Source of the DNA: Macrostomum lignano
Lineage: Eukaryota
NCBI GenBank assembly: GCA_002269645.1
Contig: NIVC01000523.1
Coordinates: forward strand, 1 to 40,442
Direction: 5' to 3'
Length of the DNA stretch: 40,442 bases
In this document: positions 33,091 through 40,442 of the stretch, one piece after another
Numbering within the stretch: position 1 is the stretch's first letter
Layout of the letters: every line of letters starts with the position of its first letter
Translations under genes and position numbers: made by a program
Notes under the pieces: model-generated
Seen by the model: the letters and a program-made list of their open reading frames with translations, nothing else
Told to the model about the DNA's origin: nothing
Databases searched by the model: none

Positions 33091-34699
33091 TATTCTTTAT
33101 TTAATATATTTAAGACAAATTTACAATTTTCTCCGACAAAACCTGGATTCTGCTGTCTCCCTGTGAACCGCTAGATGGTTTTGATCCTACAAAAACTACA
33201 AAGTCAAAGTCTAACATATCATTGCCATAAGCATTTTGTAATATGGAACTATAATTGAATTAACAACCTGAGCATCAGCGACGTACTGCAGTTCAGCCGC
33301 ATTAAATGAGGGGCTAGTTTGTGTGAGATCACGAACTGGACTTTAAAGTCGAATTTATCGATACTCATCAAATAATCCTTGATAAAGAGGTACGATTAAT
33401 TAGAGGGTCTAAAATCACCGCCTGCTCAATGAGGGCGCTTTCGAAGTTCTCCGTAATGAATTCTTTCTTGTAAGTCGATAAGCGCTGCAGATTAATGCAA
33501 ATCCGATATCCTAGCTGCAACCTACTAGCTGTGTCAGAAATTCAGTCACGAGGAGAAAAAAATTGTTTTTAAAACGGATCAAGGGTCGAGTCGCCCTCGA
33601 GTGGAAATTATTTTTTCAGCACAGCTGTTATAGCCAGCTGAGGGCTGCTCAGCTAAAGATTTGTTTACCACAGATTCAACAGCTTCACAAGAAATGATTT
33701 CCGGAGTAGGGCTTCTGCTGAGACTGGAACTATTAAAGATTGTAGGGGTGTAATTGTTGCACCTGGCGTAACCCCAACTGTGCAGGAAATGGCCGATTAA
33801 AGGCCTCTCTATGCGAGCCATACAAGCACAGTCCAGTCAGTGCAGGTGAGCGATTTAGACTATAATTCCTCTAAGCCCCAGGATTCCAAGGGTGGATAAT
33901 AGATAACGCCATTTTAGTCTCTCCTGGTAGATGGATTCGATGCGGCAGGGGATTGGGATGTGCAGGTGGACTTAAACTGTATTTAGAGGTATTGTTACTG
34001 CTATGATTATTTTATTGAATTCAGTTCATACTCGGTTACCTTCCACTCTGATCCCCAGCTTCTATTCCATGCCCTGCGACAGGCGCACTCACATATACTC
34101 ACACTTCATGGAAAATAAATAAACAGATATGGAAGCAACAAAGAGTGGAATAGCTATGCCCTGAATTGCTGCCTCTAAACTTGGCCCTAACAGTTGGGTT
34201 AATTTTTAAAACGGAATAGGTTAAGGTTGAAATATTAGGAAATGGGGGAGCAATGGGGGAGACCGCAACAAAGGAAAAATATCTTAACAGACGCGGCCGA
34301 CGGGCGGGGCTGTTTGGCGCGATGGACGTCGGATGGTCACGGCAGTCACGGACGATCCGGAAGTCTTGGATTGGGGTGGGTGTTAGGGAATTAAAGTCTC
34401 AAATTATGGGGAAGGAAAGGACAGTTAGCGTGGGTTCTTCTGAGGATCCTGAGGATCTAGGAGGTACGTGTACAGTTGGGTCCGCGGAAAGGCTCCAAAT
34501 TCCTCTTTGACATGCTACTTTTTCCTTAGTAGCACACTATGAACGAAATTTAAAGCCATACTTGCTAGTTATCATATAGCCTTAAGTGCTTGATTAATTT
34601 TTGACTAATTTTTAATGTCAGGCCATCAAGTCACCAAAAATCAAGACGGTAGAGAAGAGGCGGTAGAGAAGAAGAGGAAACAGAGAGAATGAGAGAGAA

Positions 34700-36095
34700 G
34701 GAGAGATGCGGCAGAGAGAAGGAAAAGAAGTAGAGAGAAGGGTAGAGAAGGAGAGAGGAGAGAGAAGGAGAGAGGAGAGAGAAGGAGAGAGGAGAGAGAA
34801 GGAGAGAGGAGAGAGAAGGAGAGGAGAGAGATGGAGAGAGGAGAGAGAAGGAGAGAGGAGAGAGAAGGAGAGAGGAGAGAGAAGGAGAGAGAAGGAGAGA
34901 GGAGAGAGAAGGAGAGAGGAGAGAGAAAGAGAGAGGAGAGAGAAAGAGAGAGGAGAGAGAAGGAGAAAGGAGAGAGAAGGAGAGAGGAGAGAGAAGGAGA
35001 GAGGAGAGAGAAGGAGAGAGGAGAGAGAAGGAGAGAGGAGAGAGAAGGAGAGAGGAGAGAGAAGGAGAGAGGAGAGAGAAGGAGAGAGGAGAGAGAAGGA
35101 GAGAGGAGAGAGAAGGAGAGAGGAGAGAGAAGGAGAGAGGAGAGAGAAGGAGAGAGGAGAGAGGAGAGAGGAGAGAGAAGGAGAGAGAGAAGGAGAGAAG
35201 GAGAGAGGAGAGAGAAGGAGAGAGGAGAGAGAAGGAGAGAGGAGAGAGAAGGAGAGAGGAGAGAGAAGGAGAGAGGAGAGAGAAGGAGAGAGGAGAGAGA
35301 AGGAGAGAGGAGAGAGAAGGAGAGAGGAGAGAGAAGGAGAGAGGAGAGAGAAGGAGAGAGGAGAGAGAAGGAGAGAGGAGAGAGAAGGAGAGAGGAGAGA
35401 GAAGGAGAGAGGAGAGAGAAGGAGAGAGGAGAGAGAAGGAGAGAGGAGAGAGAAGGAGAGAGGAGAGAGAAGGAGAGAGGAGAGAGAAGGAGAGAGGAGA
35501 GAGAAGGAGAGAGGAGAGAGAAGGAGAGAGGAGAGAGAAGGAGAGAGGAGAGAGAAGGAGAGAGGAGAGAGAAGGAGAGAGGAGAGAGGAGAGAGGAGAG
35601 AGAAGGAGAGAGAGAAGGAGAGAAGGAGAGAGGAGAGAGAAGGAGAGAGGAGAGAGAAGGAGAGAGGAGAGAGAAGGAGAGAGAGAAGGAGAGAAGGAGA
35701 GAGGAGAGAGAAGGAGAGAGGAGAGAGAAGGAGAGAGGAGAGAGAAGGAGAGAGGAGAGAGAAGGAGAGAGGAGAGAGAAGGAGAGAGGAGAGAGAAGGA
35801 GAGAGGAGAGAGAAGGAGAGAGGAGAGAGAAGGAGAGAGGAGAGAGAAGGAGAGAGGAGAGAGAAGGAGAGAGGAGAGAGAAGGAGAGAGGAGAGAGAAG
35901 GAGAGAGGAGAGAGAAGGAGAGAGGAGAGAGAAGGAGAGAGGAGAGAGAAGGAGAGAGGAGAGAGAAGGAGAGAGAGAAGGAGAGAAGGAGAGAGGAGAG
36001 AGGAGAGAGAGAAGGAGAGAAGAGAGAAAAGAGGAGAGAGAAGGAGAGAGGAGAGAGAAGGAGAGAGGGAGAGAGAGATGTGGCAGAGAGAGGAG
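34700..36095. repeat. Pure-purine GA minisatellite, 17-bp units, inside the left arm
   Basis: GAGAGAGAAGGAGAGAG repeated about 80 times; the equivalent CT-rich tract in the right arm (37530-37640) is only ~110 bp. Confidence 0.97.
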
Positions 36096-36714
36096 AGAGG
36101 CTGTTTGGTGAGTCCGTTGCCCTTTTGCAATTATAAAACGCATACAAAGTGATCTTTTTTCAAAGGTTTCGAACTACAAGTGTTGAGTATCTCTTCCCGC
36201 CTTCTGAAGCTGCCATCAGCAGGAATGAGATCATACTATGATCACGCAAGTTCGGTGCGATAAAAATTCAAGTCATTTATCAACGTATCCTGACAGGGGG
36301 TTGTATCGCTTATAAAAATTATTAGGGCATCATCGAATTATTTGCTGGCCTCCTTCGCGCTCACGGAATTTCTATAGTTGGTGAGGCGACCCTCTTTGCA
36401 TGTACATCAGGAATGAAAACTATTTTATGTGCATGGAACAGGGCAAGAAGAACTAAAAATCCCTTCCAAATAATGGCGAACAATAGAAAGCAGAGAGGAG
36501 AACTCGAATGGGGGTATAGTTGGCAGGGCCTCACTACATGACTAAACAACGAGATAAAAAGGCTGGGAAGAGAAGAGGCCGTCTTTCAGTCACCCTCCGA
36601 CCACCTCACACAGATCGATCGATATTCGAGATGGGGTGAGGGGCACGGGGAGTTACTCTGCGAATTTCCTTTTCCCTTGGTTCCCTGCTTTTGCCCGTGA
36701 CAGCGAACTCGAGC

Positions 36715-37031
36715 TTCATAAACCTCGTAGAACACACAGGCGATATAGAAGTCTCACATCACACGTCTCACACTCCCAAAATGGGACAGATTTGACCAAC
36801 TCAGACGGATTCGTTCTAAAGACAGCTGAGTAAAAAACACGAAAATCTAAGTGTAATTTACCGTCATCTTACCGCGCTCACAACTGTATATTCGATTTTT
36901 CTCGAATTGCTCGTATCTCTAGATTTATAAGATAAATTTTGCTGATCAAATATTCCATGACTCACATTTAGTTCTCCATAGACTCCCAGAAAAGAATTCG
37001 CAATCGGTGACAACAATGTCTCAGTAAATGA
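36715..37031 (-). other. Three spliceable exons of an unidentified gene inside the foldback element
   Basis: Long pyrimidine tract + CAG, exon 37031-36966 (SFTETLLSPIANSFLGVYGELN), GTGAGT; 47-nt intron; exon 36918-36873 (RYEQFEKNRIYSCER), GTAAGA; 47-nt intron; exon from 36825 (AVFRTNPSELVKSVPFWECETCDV...). The frame stays open across both junctions. Confidence 0.6.
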
Positions 37032-37771
37032 CTGGCAGAGAGAAGCCAAAAGAAAAGAAAGGTTTGCGGGCCTATATAATTGCGTCATCCCGTGGGCGGT
37101 CGGTTTGGGACCCCAAGAGTATTTGGATTTGGGATTGAAACCTTTCGTGTTAATGCTTGTTAATGCTTTGCATCCATACCTTTGCTCAGTTAAACAAAAC
37201 AGACTACGGGACTCAATTGTCCCCTGGATATGCTATGTGCATGTGGAATCATTTTTATACATTGTGCACGGATAAAACCTTGGAGGAAACCATTTCTCAC
37301 TGGTGTTCCGTGCCTCCCTACCTCCCAATAGGGTGAATCCCTTCCCAGAGTTTCAAGAATACCCCTCTCCCTCTCTCTCACTCTTTCTCTCTTTCTCTCC
37401 CTTCTTCTCATTATTGCTTAGCGGCGGCTTCAAAAAGAGATACTCAAAACTTTTAGTTTGAAACCTTTGCAAAAATATCACTCACTTTGTATGCATTTTA
37501 TAATTGCGGGAGGGCAACGGACCCCAAACAGCCTCTCTCCTCTTTCATTCTCACTTCTCCCTGCCGCCTCTCTTCTTCTCTCTGTCTCCTCTCTCCTTTT
37601 CTATGCCGCCCCTTCTCCTTCCATCTCTATGTTTCTCTCCTTGTTTTTAATAAAAAAGCGCTTCAATATTTCAGCATTTGATTTTCGGTGACGTAATGGC
37701 CTGACTTAAAAAATTTAGTCAAAGATTATTCAAGCACTTAAGGCTATATGATAACTAGCAAGTATGGCTTT

Positions 37772-38720
37772 TGTAGTGATCCGCTAGTTTAGTGTTAGGC
37801 GTCGCACTTTGTCAGCAGTTGCCCTTGCCCTCGCCCTCGCCCTGGGTTGCTGTCTGCCGCTGGTCAGCTTCCCGCCTCCCTCCTTTTGGCTGTCTGTTGC
37901 TCCTCCCTTCCCTACCTCTGCCCGTTTGCCCTTCGTTTCTCACCGCTCAGCTTCTCTGCTGTGGGCTGTCTTTGTTTCGTCAGTCTCTGTTTCTCCTGTC
38001 ATGTGAGCCAGTCACATGACATGATGACAGGCCTCTCGTTCTTGGAGTCCTAAAGTGCAGTAAACAAGTTATTGCACTCGCTGGTCCTGTTTACTGGGAG
38101 AGTCACGTGCTTAAGGCCCCTCCCTTCTCTAAGGAGAGGAGTGATTCATGTTGCTAAAAATAGCTACTGAATCACAGCCGCGTGTACTCTGCCCGAAGAC
38201 CCCAAGTGACGTCAGTTCTAAAAATAGAACGAGTCACGAGATCTTGTGCAATATTGGGCCAGAGGTGAATCCCGCGCTATAAATAGGACCCCTCTCCCCC
38301 TTGTTCCGTCAAGGAGTTCCTAGTTTTCAGCGTTTCTGAGTGTCTGTGCTGAGCGACCGTTCTCTAAGTGTTTGCGTATATTGAGCTCTCTCTCCTATTG
38401 GTCTGACTGCGACCCTACTAAAGCCAACCCTAGCCTAAGAGAGACTAACACAGCCCTCCCTGTACCAACCAAGCCCGGCAGGTACTGCTGACGAGACGCC
38501 TGAGCTGCAAATCTGCACGTCGTGCTGAGTTCGTTGACTTGTTTATTTCGTTCCGACAGGAAGCTCACCTCATCGAAGGCCGAGACCTGAAGGAACTGGT
38601 GGCAGCACTACCTACATGTACGCTACGAAGAGCTACGAAGACTTCCCACGGAAGAAGAGGCCCGAGACTTAAGGTAAACTTAAGGGCGTTAAAGCGGGAA
38701 GCATAGAGCATTCTACTTCA
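37772..38720 (+). mobile_element. Solo LTR (949 bp) nested in the right arm
   Basis: Starts TGTAGT and ends ACTTCA; flanked by a 4-bp target duplication CTTT (37768-37771 and 38721-38724). The uninterrupted site TATGGCTTTAAA is present in the left arm. TATAAATA at 38278-38285. No coding sequence. Confidence 0.85.
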
Positions 38721-40442
38721 CTTTAAATCTCGTTCATAATGTGCTACTAAGGAAAAAGTAGCATGTCAAGGAGGAATTTGGTCCATCCAATCCCCATCGG
38801 CCCAGCCATGCAATAGGAGCGCATTTCACACTGCAGTTTTCCACGGAATTCCGCGGCCGTTTCGCGGGAATTTGGACCCTTTCCGCGGACCCAACTGTAT
38901 AGCTATAATTAGAGTATATATTTATGGGAGATTGACTTGGTCCTACTAGGGGGAGATCGCGCGGCGATCCCGTGAGAAAACAAAACGATGCAAGGGGAAG
39001 AAAACCAGTAAATTATAATTAAGACACCAAGCAGCATACGATGCCACTCAGGGCTCAAAACGGGCTCCTATTTATAGCCTTGGCATGACATTGAATGCCA
39101 TAATTGACGTCCTGTATGTCCTTGACATCCGTTAACCAAAGCAACCCTGATGATCTGACGTAACCCGCCAGCCGCGCGCGCTGTGATTTGACAAGAAATT
39201 TGGATCGGGTGCAGCAGAGAAAATGAATGATGATGGGGGATTACCTAACACAGGCGGCGAAAAGCTTCGGAAGATAGATCGTCATGCGCGCGTCAAGCAC
39301 TGCAGACCACCACAGATACTCCAAATGACATTTGGAGGGATCGTAAAAGCAGCAGGGTATCTCACAAGCGGGTCAAATTTCAGACTTACATGTACTGGTA
39401 CTATAATCACAAATGACAATATCATTCTAACGCATTCTCAAAACGTTTAAAGATGCAGGGTTCCGGTTGTTGGTGGTTCAATATAGCTTCGCCATTACCT
39501 TTACACATGTGTACATGTAAATCCAACAGATTGATTCCTTTAATTGCATGTAGCGGACAATGTTAAATACCTATACAGTGGACGACGTCCATATAATATA
39601 ACACGGCGCCATGCAATACATGTACACACTACTAAAGGGGCGGGGGCGCCATACTGATCGAGCGAATTGAGGGCGGTACGTGTGTGAGGACGTTTTAAAG
39701 CAAAAGGAAACAGGGCGCCATCATCGCCAGCCTCAAGAAAAGGGGCGGCCCCCGCCAACCCCCCCCCCTATATTCACCTCTGCCTGCAAGGTATGCCTGC
39801 TGCAGCTCAATCTACTCAAGCTACTCGATCGTAACATTATTGTTACTCTCCTCCTTCCTAGAGGGGTTATCGCAAAGAGGGGTATGCAGTCACTACTCCT
39901 TCCTAGTCTCATACCTTCCTTGCTATTATGATACCTTCTTTGTTACTCTTGTACCTTTCCCCTTTTTTCATAGCCTCCTCATCTCGACTGGTATCAGAAC
40001 GCGACATATTTAAACTAGAAACTTAATTTCTCATAGACTCAAAACGAAAATTTTAACACGTTTAAAATAATTTATAAAATTTTTTTCTAGAAATTTTTTT
40101 TGCATTTAGGATCTACAAATTGTGTAAAAAGGTATTGGAAGAAATTGTTTTAATATTTTATTTAAATAATTGTTTTCTAATAAATTTTTCAAATTTAAAA
40201 CTTAGTTAGATAATTAAAAGATTTTTATATATACAATGACCGGTTTTTTAGTTCCAGTTCCCGTTCCCGATAAGAAAAAAATACCAAAAAGATCGATTTA
40301 GCAAAAACAATTAAATGTAGAACGATTTTTGAAATCGTTCTAAAGTCTGTATATATATAAAAAATCAGCTTCACAGACCTTACTGTTGCTTCAGTGCACG
40401 TCTGAGGTCTCCAATATTGCATAGCGACTAGCGTGATGTTGA

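Larger units (their letters stand above)
34473..38897. mobile_element. Non-autonomous Tc1/mariner-like foldback element with long inverted arms and internal cargo
   Basis: TA|CAGTTGGGTCCGCGGAAAGG at 34471-34492 and CCTTTCCGCGGACCCAACTG|TA at 38878-38899. Arm homology: 34495-34555 with 38781-38721; 34552-34640 with 37771-37681; 36095-36235 with ~37530-37403. No inner termini seen, so one element rather than two MITEs. Confidence 0.8.

Noticed and set aside
34618-36147. 426-509-aa ER-rich and SL-rich ORFs
   Set aside because: GA 17-mer minisatellite with no stop codons possible; not a coiled-coil or membrane protein gene.
34473-38897. Interpretation as two independent MITE copies in inverted orientation
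   Set aside because: The inner ends (~36235, ~37403) fade without ACTG|TA termini, whereas both outer ends have matching termini and TA; not fully excluded without genome-wide copies.
38990-39500. Possible LINE/SINE 3'-end-like segment and 75-aa ORF 39223-39450
   Set aside because: No RT or endonuclease motif, tail or TSD that I can support; needs a repeat-library search.
39989-39998. TGGTATCAGA, resembling a tRNA-iMet PBS
   Set aside because: Not preceded by an LTR-type CA end, the match stops at 10 nt, and no gag-like ORF follows.

Overview
Eukaryotic (animal) genomic DNA. GC-rich exons, 41-47 nt micro-introns next to 1-2 kb introns filled with 17-43 bp minisatellites, and the gene content point to a free-living flatworm such as Macrostomum (inference, not proven). 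Left to right: (1) a decayed Ty3/Gypsy (Mag-like) LTR retrotransposon on the minus strand (1-4224; 5' LTR, PBS, gag, PR, RT, RH and IN visible; 3' LTR outside the window); (2) a mariner fossil; (3) a ubiquitin-like-domain exon (6484-6739), then a 7-exon GDA1/CD39 NTPDase (7378-12655) that has no start codon of its own and ends, after a 1-nt frame correction, in a LAMP-type GYVTI tail; (4) a near-complete 4-exon Cactin gene (15581-22534) lacking an initiator Met; (5) a 2-exon, highly divergent rhodopsin-class GPCR on the minus strand (29875-28221); (6) about 20 distinct minisatellite arrays, several sharing cores with their neighbours; (7) a 4.4 kb TA-flanked element with CAGT termini and long inverted arms (34473-38897). 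This element has no recognisable transposase, encloses three spliceable exons separated by two 47-nt introns, and carries a nested 949-bp solo LTR with a CTTT target duplication plus a 1.4 kb GA expansion in one arm. Most long ORFs in the supplied track are artefacts of tandem repeats. All gene models were read by eye and need RNA-seq or homology confirmation.
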